Shown here piece by piece: positions 25,944 through 39,004 of a stretch of DNA of 64,000 bases; position 1 is the stretch's first letter; each line of letters begins with the position of its first letter. The notes beneath the pieces are model-generated. The model had not been told where the DNA came from and ran no database searches. It saw only the letters and a program-made list of their open reading frames with translations. The stretch lies in the NCBI GenBank assembly GCA_040954595.2, contig CM082585.2:11869863-11933862 (forward strand), read 5' to 3'. The translations under genes were made by a program, and so were the position numbers. This DNA is from Balanoglossus misakiensis (taxonomy: Eukaryota > Animalia > Hemichordata).

Positions 25944-27316
25944 ATGGTAAGTATAAGAGTTATGCCCAGAAAGCTTTTACCGTGATTGCGTATATGAATG
26001 ACAGATAAGAAACTGAAGTGCGTATTTTGATCTTTTCATGTTTGCCATCCCATTTAATTCTTGGATAAATGTCAAAGTCACTGGTCTGTCTGTTTCTGTG
26101 TGTACCGTGTGTGTTTGCAAGTAATCATCGTCTGTAGTAGTGAACTCTACTTTACTGTGCATACCACGAAGATTTTGGTCATAGAAAATGACAGCAGACT
26201 GATGCAGCAGACGTCATGTATTTTCTACATTGTCTTCTGCAACAAAATTTTTCTCGGGTTCATCATTAATATCTTCTACTTTTGAAATTCGCATCGTCTG
26301 TCGTGCAGGCCTGTACTGTTCAAGTACAGCTAGTGAAGTCGGATTCAGATATGTTGGGTCGTGAAATGTAAAAGCAAACTTGTTTCAAATATCCGCAACT
26401 GAATAGCTCAGAGGTCGCTCGTTGGAGTTTCCCAGCAGTAAACCTGCAAACCCTTTGCCCTGACACGGCGCAGTGAGATATGTGGGGTTACCACGGCTAC
26501 AGTTCTTGCAATTTGCCAGGCATTTCGACTCCGCCTCGCTTATATTTTGCCTGAGGGAAAAACAGTAAAGAACTTTCGCTTTACATTTGTGAAATTCCGA
26601 ATGACTTGAGGGAATGACATCGCTGGCCTCTCTTGAATTCCGCATCTCGTTGTCAAGTAAATCAGACGTAACTAAATTCCGCTTCCTTTCACTGGCATGT
26701 CTGTTTCCAGTGATTGCGCGTGCAAGTCGATTGCGGAAACGAACAAACTGATTTCTTGGACTATGTAGATATCAAGGAAATACTCTGGAAAGCTTCGTAA
26801 ACGGGTACGTGAGGGGCTGCGTTGTTGCCATGGGCGACGTCGATCTCCGCGGCGCCTTGGGGGAAATTGCTGAGCGCTGCAGTGTTGGAAAGTTTACATG
26901 TTATAATGTCTGCGAAGGGAGGCTTAGCTGCAAAAATCACCACATACTGACAGCAACACATTGATTTCAGGATAAACTGTTGTTGTATGTCATCTCCCCA
27001 CGACATCGTGTTCAACACGGTTCAAGTATGTAGCACGACTGCAAAGTTATCATGCAAAGAAAACTTTCTAACGCGATTAGATTCACGCCTGTCGATTTAC
27101 TTGACGAGATGATGTTTCCCGCGTTCCTCATTTAGCCCTCGTTGAGTGTAAATGGATTCAGATTTCATCTTTGAAGAGACACCCGTCGTTTCGGCTATGT
27201 CATATCAGTGACTTCCATTTTGAAAAGAAATTCCTTGAGATCATGAATCTTCGCTTCATTTAACCACGGTAGCTTTTTTTCGACCACTTGATATGACTCA
27301 GTGGGTGCCAAGTTTG

Positions 27317-27347
<31 letters not shown>

Positions 27348-30300
27348 CAAAGAAGGCAGATTTGAGAACGACACCATATGATGAAGCAGGGAAATTGGTG
27401 ATGTGGCACCTCACCACCCACACAGATCGGGGTATCAGGTGCCGACATCACCGGCAATTTGAGGTCAAGGTCATCCCGGAAGCCTTGAGCTCACCAGGGA
27501 CAGTCTTTTATTTCGTCATCTAAGTTGCTATAAAACTTTGGGAAGTCACGAAATAGTTTTGTATTACAGTACCTTTTGTCTTTATTTGGAGAACGTACGG
27601 TCAAGGCCTTCTTAAGTTGCCAAGAGAAATAAAAAGTATGGATTAATTGATGCCTGAGATTTGAGACTGGGTTCTTTCCCAGTCCCTCAAGAAAGATGGT
27701 CGGCAATCGCCAACTCAAGTTGTGGGCATACACATTTTGCGGGCGTTTCTGGGACCGCTTTATTTTCTGACCCTTTTTTCGATGTTTTTTCCCTCGATAA
27801 AATTTACCCAAAGCTATGTATGTTAACTCCAATATATAAGGTGTTTAGGCAACTATATCGAAAATGAACGTTCTATTATACTTGTGCAGAAATCGGTCAT
27901 TTGCATCGTTGTTTGATTTTCCACCTTACTTTACACTGAAACAAATGCGCTTTCCAAGACGGCAGTGTGACATCACCGCATATGCTAATCTGATTCAAAT
28001 GACTTCGACGTCTCTTCCTAACTTCGGATATGCTTCCGATCGGGGAGTTAATTGGATTAACCGAATAAACATCCAATAAACATTTCAGCAAACCATAATG
28101 AGCATCATAACAATAGGGTGCCGAGATTATTTCCGACCGTCTTGAGGGACTGTGGTTCTGTCAATATGTTAATCAAGTGGGGACCGTGTCATTGACAATG
28201 ACTTTTACATTATAAGTTTATATACCTGCATTATCTGTTGTTCATTTAAGTTCATGAAGGAGATAGATTGCAGGAAGATGTGAAATTGCTAGAAACTCAT
28301 CAAATTCGGTATCTGTTCTATTTGATGACCTCTCTAAAGTAATAAATCAAGCCGAGAAGTTCAAAGCCGGTGCAAAAAGGTCAAGGTAATCATTTCCACA
28401 GTTCTCTGCTTATATGTCTGCATGGAAAATGTCTGGTATCATAGCAACCAGGGTTTAAACATACTCACTCAAACATCTGGGTCCCAGATGGTGTCTAGCT
28501 TATACCCAGGGTCTTAGTTTTATACTTTTCATTTTTTTTAAACATGGAAAAAAGTGAAATAATCACCAAAAGTTATAGTTTCTGTATTTATTCCCCCAAG
28601 ACTAATAAATATAATCTTTACTCAAATATCCACTGTGAACATTAACAGGGTTAGAGTTACCCGGGTCTGTGTGTTCCCAGCATTATATCACAGGGAATAC
28701 ACAGACCTGTACGTAGGGCTAGGTTAGAGTATAGTGTAGCCCTGCAACTATTACTGTTGGAAAATGTCTGAGTCTTAATCAAGAGAACATGGTAGCTTTA
28801 GAGTTTTCCAGTGTACGAGCATGTAGGTTAATGGTCCTGCATGTGTCAGAGATGCATCAGTGTCACACCCATTGGAGGCATGAGTCATTTAACCATCCAT
28901 GCCATGAATCGACAATGTTGTCCTATAAGCCCTTGATGCCAATTTGTGCAGTGTGATGGTATCATCAGAAAACACTCAATTTGTTTTTAATGCCAGGCCA
29001 TTACTTTGTTGTATGGTTGCAATAGGTAAATTTTCTGATGGGATTGGGGGTGAATTCTAGAAGCAATTGGCTGTGACAAAATGCCATCAAATTTCCACTT
29101 CTAGAAATATCATGCTGTCGGTCTAGTCAGTCAGGTTGGAAAATCACAGAGTTGAAAGGTGAAGGTCATGACAAGGTCACCGGGTCTCCAGTGAAACTGC
29201 TGTCATGCGAAACCATTAAAGTTGGTGATGAATGATGGGGTGCATATGATTGATGAAGTGGGAGTTTGTCCATTTTAATATGTGGAAGGAAGTTGTTAAG
29301 GGAAACTCTGGTTGCCGCGAACATCATGGATGGAAACCTCTGACTTGCGAGAATGTGGTGTATATCATTGTGAATAATAACAAATGCCAAATAAACATTC
29401 CGTGGTGGATAGATATAAGAACTTATCTACCACAGGAGGAAATACTGTAGCTTCTAACATTCAGATCTTTCGGAAAATTGTAATCATAGATTTTAAATGT
29501 TGTTATCTGTGATGTAGAATTGAAACCCCAGTTGGTGAATTTTATCTTCTTCCAATTCAAATTTGTTGATGTCATCTGAAGTGATTGATGAAGATGTAAC
29601 TTGCATGACTTGAATAAATGTTCACTATTCTTCACAGGGGATAAATATCTTTTATTTTCACCATAAGACAGTCAAATCTGTCTATAGTGGCCAGTCAAGG
29701 GAATTTCTTAAGCTGGCCTTCATAGACAGGTGGCCTTTATAGACAGGTGAATTAATGTACAGGTTAGTTGCACAAGGAACAAAGTGGCCAATGTATAGAA
29801 GTAGCCATTATAGAGGTGGCCACTACTAACACAGGTTTGACAGTACAATTTGAGATACTGACTGTGTGTGCCTTTAAACTTCCTCGAAAGTCCAAACAAA
29901 TGGAGTGGGCTGCACTTTATCAAAGGTTTCTAGAACTCTCTGTGATTTACGTGAGGAAGCCAGCTTGATGCAGGTCGCTACATTAATGACAACCACACAT
30001 GGCAATGGATGCTGACCTGCTTGCTGTTTATAATAGTTCAGTCGGTTAAACCAAAACCGTGATTTATGAGGGGAAAGCTAGGGCTTGGAGTAGACTATTA
30101 AGAATGCTTGAAATGTTTGGAGTGAATAAGAAACAGGAGTTGAAGAAATATTGAAGCGGTTTGTGTTCACAAAGGATAATGGCCCGAGAGTTAATACAGA
30201 AGACACTGACATTTAGAAGTCACCACATGTAATAACCCGGGTATTATATTTTGATCTAGCTAGATGATTGCACCTCTCATTGAAATTTTAATTGACAGCT

Positions 30301-33300
30301 GCTGAAAGTTCCTGAAGATGAATCATGATTTTGCATATCACAAAGCATTGCCAGAAATATGAAAACTATCTTTAGGAATACAAAATTTGCCGGTCCACTT
30401 TAACTGTCGACCGATTCTATTCACCAAATGAGAGTGGCAAGTTTTGATTGCTTATTTGATGCCAATATAACCATTCACTCTTCACATCTGATAAGGAAAC
30501 TAGTTTTCATAGTAATCCTGCAATCTGGCAAGATCTGGGTCTAAGCATTGATTTTGTGGTGATAAGCGAAACCAATTTTCCATCAAAGTGGAATGCACAT
30601 TATTACCTGACAGTAAAATGTCTGCGATCATTTGAAATATTGCAATTTTCACTTTGCGCTAAAAGCGTGACATTTACATCTAATGGCCATCTAATGGTAA
30701 CCAGGGAGATAGTATTTTTACCAATCAGAGCTGTCATGAATTTGTAGAGATAATTTGATAGAAGAGTTCTGTTGATCTCTATCTTGTGGTTTTGGAATAG
30801 TTGCAGTTGTGGTTTAATGTTTAGATGATGGAATAATTTAGGTGTTGGTCGAGACTTTAAGCTGTTTCTCGTGATCACAGGCATGGCGCATGTATGATAG
30901 GTTAATTATCAGATTTTTTTCTACACAATTTGTGTTCGTCATCTGTTTGTACAGTCAATATGTGTTACATACATAGTCAGTTATAAATGAAAAGAGCATG
31001 CTGTTCATGCTTTTGAGAGTGGATGTGTTTGAGTGACTGTTTTGAGAAAAAAACATGCACAGCGCTATACTGCTAGAGATCGAGACACTCCTAGTTTTAA
31101 TTGTGACCTGGTTGTGAGGGTCAAGCTTGTAGAGTTAAATTACGTAAAGTAGAGTGTAAACTTTCACATATACCGGTACATGCTGTCCTGTTTGAAATGT
31201 CAATTATTTGTGGGTGGACGATTCCTGCCAAAGTTCTAAGCTAACTTCCAAATGTCTTTTCCTTTTGAAAAGTTGCCCATATCCTTGTAGACACACCTTG
31301 AAACTGTTGGCAATTATCCAGGAAGGGATATTTTGAAAGAGAATAACAAGTTATGTTTCATTCTATTAAATTTACTTTCTGTGTTCTCCAAATTTCAGAT
31401 TCCAAGACGCCCATTTGTGAGGTGTGCCAGGTACCTAGGAAAGAGTGTGTTATGGCTGATTTTAATTTTGAACATTGTGATCTTTATGAAAGTTCTCAGC
31501 AAGGGATTGATGGGCTCCAGTTCTGCTAGTGTGTTCTCGCACAGTGGCAGGCAGGTTCATTCTGTGTTGCCACCATCAGAAGGAAGGAGATTGGCCAATG
31601 AAACTGTTGTCATTCTAGTCGCAAACACCGATGTCAATCAGAATCTAATTGGTGAAGATGATGGACCTGTTGAAGAGAGTGTTGATGTGATCGAAGAAAA
31701 CCAAATCAATGACACAAAAATCAAGAAGGATGAACCCATAAAAACTGCAGAGGAGTTAACAAATAACGATAATCAGAAAACAGAATCGAAAGCAGAAGAA
31801 GTGAAGGAAGTTGTGACTGTTTTAAACTGCACTGGTGTGGATGTCCAGTCAGAAAAGTGCAAGGGAAAACATGAAATGAAAAATTTGACAACTGCAACAA
31901 AAGTTGTCAGGACTACAAATTCTACAGAGAAAGTGTCTATTGCAGTCCCTTGGTATGATCAAGAGTGGCATTTTAATTCGTCCGCGGCAGCAGAAATTAG
32001 GTGAGAAACATAAAACATGTGTTTTTATACTCGCATGGATCATTTTGTCACTGTCTCATGTAAATCACTTTTTGTACTTTGGTAGGGTTCATACACTGTT
32101 GGGGAAATCTTGGAAAGTTCTGGAATTTGGGAACCTTTCCATAACCAACTTGTGTGACCAATCCCTGTGGTTTGTGTTGTGTCGGTTCAAAAGATGGTTT
32201 TGACTTCAATGGATAAAATCAGATTGAAAGATAACTGTATGAGACCTACACTTGCAAAAGAATCAATAATAGATGTTTACATGTCTCTTTTGTGACTGAC
32301 AGAGATCTTCTGGAACAAGAATGTCACACAAACGAACTATTCCTGACAACACAAAAGAATGTTTTGAGAAATTCCACACTGCCCTATGAAGGCGAACCGC
32401 GGAAAAGACTTCTCATCACATCACAAGTTCACAGTATTCTGCCTGAGGTAGGTCACCTATATATAAAATTTGATTGGAATGTGACTTTGATGTCTCCATT
32501 AATGTAAGGCTATCAGCACAACACTCAAACTTCAAACTGGACCACATACGACCAATATATGCATGCCAGATAGACGAGAAGTGATTAAAATTCACATCAA
32601 AGTTTGTGTTGTGATCTGGAATATCATAGTCTCCATATTTATGAGAATTGTTAGGTTGTCAGTGGTGTGATTGCTATTGCAATTTCACTCCACAAATGGT
32701 TAATTTTATCCAAATCTCCAAATTTTCTAAATGTTTAAAAATCCTGACAAACATGCTTTTATTACATAGACAGTTATACAGACTATTTAGGAAAAATACG
32801 TGAGAATCCAGATTTCACCTATGCAAAGGCCTGCACATATAAATTTTAAGAGGAGAAAAAATATGAATTTCAAGACATACTGTATCGTGAATATTAGAAT
32901 ATTCTAGTCCCCAGACACCACTTTTCTTTATATGTATCTGGTGATCCAGAGCAATTTTGAGGACTCAGTTTTTAATGAATAGCAATATCAGAATATTATG
33001 GTCCCAAGATGTTGATGTTCTTATAAAGTGCTTGTATCCCCACAGTGCATATCACAAACCGAAAGGTTCTCAATTAATTTCTGACTTGACCTTTTATCGG
33101 AGTGATAATATTTCAACTTTGTGTACAATTTCAGTCGAAATATTAGATTACCCAACTTAATCTAGTTACAGCCCCATTGTATTTTATAAATTATGTATCT
33201 TTGTAGATATATACCGACTCATTGATGCCTTAAGGGCATGAATAATAGTGAAGATTGAATTTAAGATTTTAATAGAATTGGCCCTACCAAATGAATAGAG

Positions 33301-36300
33301 GGTAATCAATTTTATTCTGTGCAGATTGTATTTCTTGTAGTGAATATTAAATGGGGCGGTGATCTGTTTTTCTTTGAACAATTGTTCTTCAGAATAAGGA
33401 GAGCACATGGGTCTGATGATCAAATGACCAGTTGTATTTCTAACTGCACTTTCCAAATATCATCCTCCAAACAGAATAACCACTAATTCATGATTATCAC
33501 ATTTTTTCCTCCCAGGTTATGCCCTACACCAATCGAACCTTCAAGAAATGCAGTATCGTTGGAAGCAGTGGAATTCTCCTGGGAAGTAAATGTGGCCCGG
33601 CCATCGACGACTCCGATTTTGTTATCAGGTAAAAAACATTCACGCCATGCAATTAGTTAGATTACTCAGCAGAGAAATTCTTCTGCAGTGGAAACTATCT
33701 ATCATCTAAAGTGTGACCCTGCAGTCACCTCTGTGTCACTTTTCTAGGTCAGGACTCAAGTCAAATTAAACAGTGTTTTTGCATCCCTTGATAATTCCCA
33801 GAAACACATAGTTGATAAGAAATTAGATGAAACAGGCCAAAATGTTATGTTTCCAAATCAAGATGAAACAACTGATACATTATAAAAAGTAATAAAACAT
33901 TGTCTATTTCCAGGTGACCAGATTTATTTCTTACCTGTTTGTCAGGTCAGGATAATAGTATAGATTTTGTCTTCTGAATCACAATCTGCATATAACCTCA
34001 ACTCATGGCACAGTTTATATTATAATTATCCTGATGTTTATTTCTCCAAGTCTAGTGAGAGTAGTTCTTATAAACAGGCAGAATGTTTACCATAGCTTTG
34101 CCACGAAATCTAAGGTCAACTTTGTCTAAATAAATAACTCATGTTTCTCTCTACATTCAAAGTACATTCTGTTGGTAAGATGCAAATTTCAAATCAGTTG
34201 CAAAAAAACCCAAACTAAGATCAAAACATACGGACTGGATCACCCTGATTTCACTGTAAGAATTAACTTTATACCTATACATTGAGTCAGGTGGAAATGG
34301 CACGACAGTTTTAATCAGTTTCTTTCTTGTCAACTCTTACTTTAATTATATTTCTGTCAGAATGATATACCATACGTTTCAGATGATCTAATTCAACCAT
34401 AAAGCAATATAAATTGTATCCAGATTTTCATTTTTTATTTTTATACTCAGTTAAATTGACATGAAGAATTGTGAGAATGCTCATTTCTGATGTTATTTTC
34501 TTTAAATGTCACACTGTGTATATCAAAGATGAAGTCTTTGAAAATCAACATTTTTCATCAAACATGGTGATTCATCACTTGAAATATCACTTGTTCATTT
34601 GTTGCTTGTGTGTGTGTGTGTGAAGTTGTTGGTGGGGAATGGAATGGAATGCAATTTGAGTTGTCATTCATTCAAACAAGAAATACAGAAATATCTCTTA
34701 TCACTTGCCTAACGCTTTACAGATACATTCAATTGAACGCTCAGTGACAACATTGATAGCATTCCATTGTGAAATGCCAGTACGGGGAAATAACTTGTCA
34801 CCCTGAAATCAAAAGAGGAAATTGACTAAAAGGCTTGTAATTGACAACTCCTGTCAGTTTCTTTTCAGTTCAATTTATCCGTCAAATAAATGGTCCCACA
34901 TTCATCCGTACTGTGGTACAATTCTTTGTGGAACTGGAATTTGTTCAGCTTTTGATGCAGTTTTCCCATTTTCCTGTTTATTCAAACTCCCCACAGTTTT
35001 TTCAGTCAGACTTTATGTATTTATAACTAATGTTGTGTTACCTTTGTACTTAATTGCTTATTGAATCAGAACCTCTACATTTATATGTTTTCTTTCAGTT
35101 CAGACTTTCCAAATATCAATCTGATTGTCTTATTTTCTACATTTCACCATTTCAGAATGAATCTACCAAGCATTTATAATTACACAGACGATGTCGGCAC
35201 AAGGACGAATTTTGTGACATGTAACCCAACTTTGGTGAGATCTGGGTAAGTTGGTAATTTTGGCATTAGTGTGTCTGGTCCAGACTATATAAGCTGCAGA
35301 GCTCTATATAATTTTAACAGTCTGCATATATCCATCTCTTTGCATCATGATCGAGCGACATATATTTCATAATTAAGAGATCTACAGCTTTTATGTAGAG
35401 TCTGACTTTTGTTCTCTGCACTTGGATGACAGTAAAACGTGCTTTCTTGAAGATGTGTAAATGTTAGTTGCGAGATAAGTATCATGTCTTGTTTTAATGC
35501 TGACCAGGCAGGTCACGGCCTTCCAGGTCTGACTGCATGTACACATATCAAAATACCGGCTAACTTCTTGCTTTGAATTGTGGCTTCATAAATAGGATTG
35601 TATTTCCAATTTCCAAATTCTATTTTTGACAGATTTGCAGCTCTATCCACTAGAGAAGCCAGACAAGACTTCATCAATTTCCTGAAAGAATTTGGCAACT
35701 CTGATCTGTACTTGCCAGCGTTCGCTTTCAAAACCAGCACGGAACCCGCCTTCAAGGTTTTCACAACTCTACGAGCAACTGGCAGGAAAGTTCTATTTGC
35801 CCACCCTGATCACATGTGGTTGGTGAAGAAATTCTGGGTTGGACAGGGAGTCAATGCTATAAGAATTTCATCTGGTGAGTCAGAAATTGTTTTTTCAGTT
35901 TTTATGGCAATTCAATGAATATTGTTTTTACCAAATGACATCACACTTAACTAACTGTGAAAGCTAGCTGCCCTTTGAAGTCTGACTATGTCACACATAT
36001 ACAGTGAACCCTGGATGTTTCATCATCTTGCAATTTGTAAGGGCATAATCTTAGTCATGTAAACTGAAACAGCATACGGTAACTCTATATCTTGTAAGTG
36101 ATTGATCATATTTAGCATCAGATGTGACACTTATCCGGAGGATGAAATAAGCACATATCAGCCCGATATCAAGTCTTTTTACAACAGACTGATTCATCCA
36201 AACTTGACAGATTTGAAACAAATGTTATGGACTTGTGAAATCACCAAACTGGGTTAAATAAAGTCAAACAGCTTCCCTTGTGAATTCATACCCTCTCATG

Positions 36301-36663
36301 GGCCTCTAAATGAAGAGTCAATCTGGCCATGCACAGTTGATCCCTCTATGATGGAGGGACTGTGATTGACAAAATATCAACTACGTTCTTCATTCTATCA
36401 TTTCAGGTATGTTGCTGTTCACGATCGGTATGAGCATCTGTGATGAACTTCACGTCTATGGTTTCTGGCCATTTGAGACGGATATTGCAGGAAGACATGC
36501 TTATTATCACTACTTTGACAAGAAAGCCTACATGTTGAACAAGAAGAAACGTTTGATGCATTGGCATGAGATGCCGTCCGAGTTTGAGCTTCTCAGACAA
36601 CTGCACATGAAAGGTGCTATTCATTTACATGTGAAAAATTGCACAGCCCCAGCTGGTCTATGA
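25944..36663 (+). CDS. Alpha-2,8-sialyltransferase (ST8Sia family, GT29), type II membrane protein
   Basis: Exons: putative ATG-only coding part 25944-25946 (AAAATG|GTAAGT), 31399-32000, 32303-32447, 33516-33628, ~35157-35246, 35633-35874, 36407-36663. Sialylmotif L CSIVGSSGILLGSKCGPAIDDSDFVIRMNLP...DVGTRT, motif S SSGMLLFTIGMSICDELHVYGFWPF, motif III YHYFD, motif VS HEMPSE, and the ST8Sia-type C-terminal Cys (HLHVKNC). The start exon is inferred. Confidence 0.9.
26824..26838. promoter_or_regulatory. RFX X-box-like site in CpG-rich intron 1 of the ST8Sia gene
   Basis: GTTGCCATGGGCGAC fits the GTNRCC-N(0-3)-RGYAAC consensus with one mismatch. Confidence 0.4.
27319..27346. repeat. (AG)n microsatellite
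   Basis: About 13 AG units. Confidence 0.9.
27730..27901 (+). mobile_element. Interspersed repeat fragment, copy 1 (~170 bp)
   Basis: ACACATTTTGCGGGCGTTTCTGGGACCGCTTTATTTTCTGACCC...TTGTGCAGAAATCGGTCATT is clearly homologous to 59913-60078. Confidence 0.85.
29669..29843. mobile_element. pogo/Tigger-like MITE (~175 bp)
   Basis: Imperfect TIRs CAGTCAAATCTGTCTATAGTGGCCA / TGGCCACTACTAACACAGGTTTGACAG followed by TA, with internal subterminal repeats ATAGACAGGTG. Confidence 0.7.
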
Positions 36664-36802
36664 TGGCCTACTCAGTAATCTGCCATATAGTATTTTCTGA
36701 TCTCTTCAATCCAAGAATTAAACTTCCTCAAACCAGTGCAATCACACAAATCAAGTTGTAAGTATTTAGCAATATGTCACACAGGTACCGGGTCTTCCAA
36801 GA

Positions 36803-36879
36803 TTAAAGGGACAATTAGCTGTAACTTTTGACTTCATTTCCAGTAATTTTGTTCTGTGTTACAGCTAATGGAGCTTTAA
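36803..36879 (+). mobile_element. Kolobok-like TTAA-flanked mini-MITE
   Basis: TTAA-AGGGACAATTAGCTGTAAC...GTTACAGCTAATGGAGCT-TTAA; a related reversed copy lies at 46865-46925. Confidence 0.65.
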
Positions 36880-36910
36880 AAAAGTATTGAATTTTTAATA
36901 AGTAATGTAA

Positions 36911-37001
36911 TGGATTGAGAAGTTAGTCAGTGCTTCATCTGGTGAGTCAGGAATTTTTTTTTCAGTTTATGTTATCAAAGGAAGTAACTGGCACACTTAA
37001 C
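36911..37001 (+). pseudogene. Decayed duplicate of an ST8Sia exon end and intron start
   Basis: TGGATTGAGAAGTTAGTCAGTGCT-TCATCTGGTGAGTCAGGAATTTTTTTTTCAGTTT...CACACTTAAC aligns to 35835-35951 (TGGGTTGGACAGGGAGTCAATGCTATAAGAATTTCATCTGGTGAGTCAGAAATTGTTTTTTCAGTTT...CACACTTAAC). Confidence 0.7.
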
Positions 37002-37514
37002 AAATAAGCATTTAAAATTTTTTTAGATGTTAGGGACATGAAATCCAGAAGTGGTATAGTAAAATATTTATGTTTGAAGTGCTGAAAAAAGAATTTATGT
37101 TTGTGGCACGTGTACAACCATATTTTATAAATCATTTTATGACTGCAGTAGGACCCGTAATGTTTTAAAATATTCTCTCAGCAGACTGTCAGATTTACAT
37201 GTACCAGGCTAATTTGTAGTGAGGATTATACAGAAGGTCAGAATTGCGCGGGGTTGAATCAAAACTGGCACAAACGATTGCCGTACTATTTCAGTTTCTG
37301 AAGGCAGACTGTGACGTGGCAAATGTCTGCTGCTTGTGTCAGGAGAAAATGTCATCAAGATTTGATGGATATGGGAATAGCGTGGGAAATTTCATTTGGG
37401 CTCTCCTAGGTGTTCCATGCCTGCAGACTTCCGCACAACATAATATATCAACATCAGTTTCAGCTCTGTGTGTATATATGAGTTGTTAGTCAATGTGTCC
37501 AACGGGAAATTGTT

Positions 37515-37586
37515 TCTGCATGGCAGGGCTGTGTATCTTACGGCGATGCCTCCATCACTTTAAGACACACAGCCCTGCCATGCAGA
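37515..37586. repeat. Long near-perfect inverted repeat (hairpin)
   Basis: TCTGCATGGCAGGGCTGTGTATCTTA pairs with TAAGACACACAGCCCTGCCATGCAGA: 26 bp, 1 mismatch, 20-nt spacer. Confidence 0.9.
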
Positions 37587-38922
37587 GATGTGTTGTTTAA
37601 TACTAGCTCATTCTCCAACCGCAGGCACATCTGGTTATATGCATCTCTGCCATTCAGAGCTACATGAAAGGGTTTAGATTCTAGAATCAATGTAACTTTA
37701 ACACAGTTGGCACTAACATAGTGAAGTCGCAATGTCAGTATCATGACCAGACATTTTTACAATGTCATTAACATTTCTCAATTTCTTTAATGTTGTACCC
37801 TTGACCCCAAAGTCAAGGGAATTCAAACACAAGAAGAGGCTATGTGTTAGTCATAGCGTCTGTATATAATTGCCGCAACTTCTGGGTGGTATGAACTTAA
37901 CAAACTTCCAATACACTAAAATCTTTTTTGTGGAGATTTTTAAAGCAAAACACACCTATACAAATGTAATATTGCGCTTTTATGTTACTTTATGGAAAGA
38001 TCATGGGATTTCCTAGAATGTTTTACCTTTCCTGGAAGGGCATTAATATTCCTGGAAAAAATCAATTCACGCAACAGGAACATTCAGGTATGCTGGGTTT
38101 TCTACAGATTTATTTGATACATTCTCTTTATTTTGGCCGTCTTTGTAGTCTTTCTAGGCGAGTCAAGCACTGATCAGTCTGATTAAAATCAGATGTAGTG
38201 ATGGCCCCATTCCAAGTAGGCCAGTTTTAACTTTTTATGCCTTTTGGACGTGAGAAATGTTCTGGTGAGTTAGTTAAACTTTGACACCAGTCTCATTAAA
38301 GAGAAGTGCTGCTAAAGCAAGATAGTGTCCATGTCTCTGCTATTATTAGATGGTACAGATGTCTAGCTGTCGTCAACTGTCTCACCCTGGTCTCATATTG
38401 TATATTAAACATTGGGTAAATGCTATGTCTAGGTTCTGTGCCTGTCAGAACAGGAATCCTTACAGCCTTTTAATATTCCATGACGAGCTAGCTTATGGAG
38501 TAAACTTACTTTGCCATGCACCTAATTTCTGATGGAATTTTCCCCATGGTCAGACATGAACATATATACAAGTATAGGCGTTGTGGCACTATTTTTTTTT
38601 ATCCATGTTAAGAAATAATGAAATTGTTTTTGTGATATTTGATATTATAGAATATATAGAATAAATGAAGTTATACTGTAAAATGACCTAATTTCATATT
38701 TTATGCTCTTCTGCCCATCACCATACACATAGTGTGGTAAATTAAGTTTCAACAGAATGTAATCAATTTAGTAGCTGTCTTTTTTCAATTTGAAATGTAA
38801 AATATTTTTTTACTTATAAAAGTATAACGCTTTTTTGTTCCCAAATCATTACTGACAAAGATCACGATCGTGGATTTAAGTGATCGGCATGAGTCATTCT
38901 GTCTAATCATGTCCATCTGTGA

Positions 38923-39004
38923 AATAAAGCTATATTTTTTGAAAATGAACAGAGACTTTTTTCTCTTATTTGTTTATCAATTGTTTATAAAATGAATGTT
39001 TATT
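38923..39004. terminator. Convergent poly(A) signals: ST8Sia (+, AATAAA 38923-38928) and ITPR-like (-, AATAAA 38999-39004)
   Basis: Opposing AATAAA hexamers where strand composition switches from T-rich to A-rich between the two convergent genes. Confidence 0.45.

Noticed and set aside
25004-27523. Several 60-133 aa ORFs in a CpG-rich region
   Set aside because: No recognisable domains or consistent splice chain; better explained as promoter, 5' UTR, intron 1 and repeat fragments of the ST8Sia gene.
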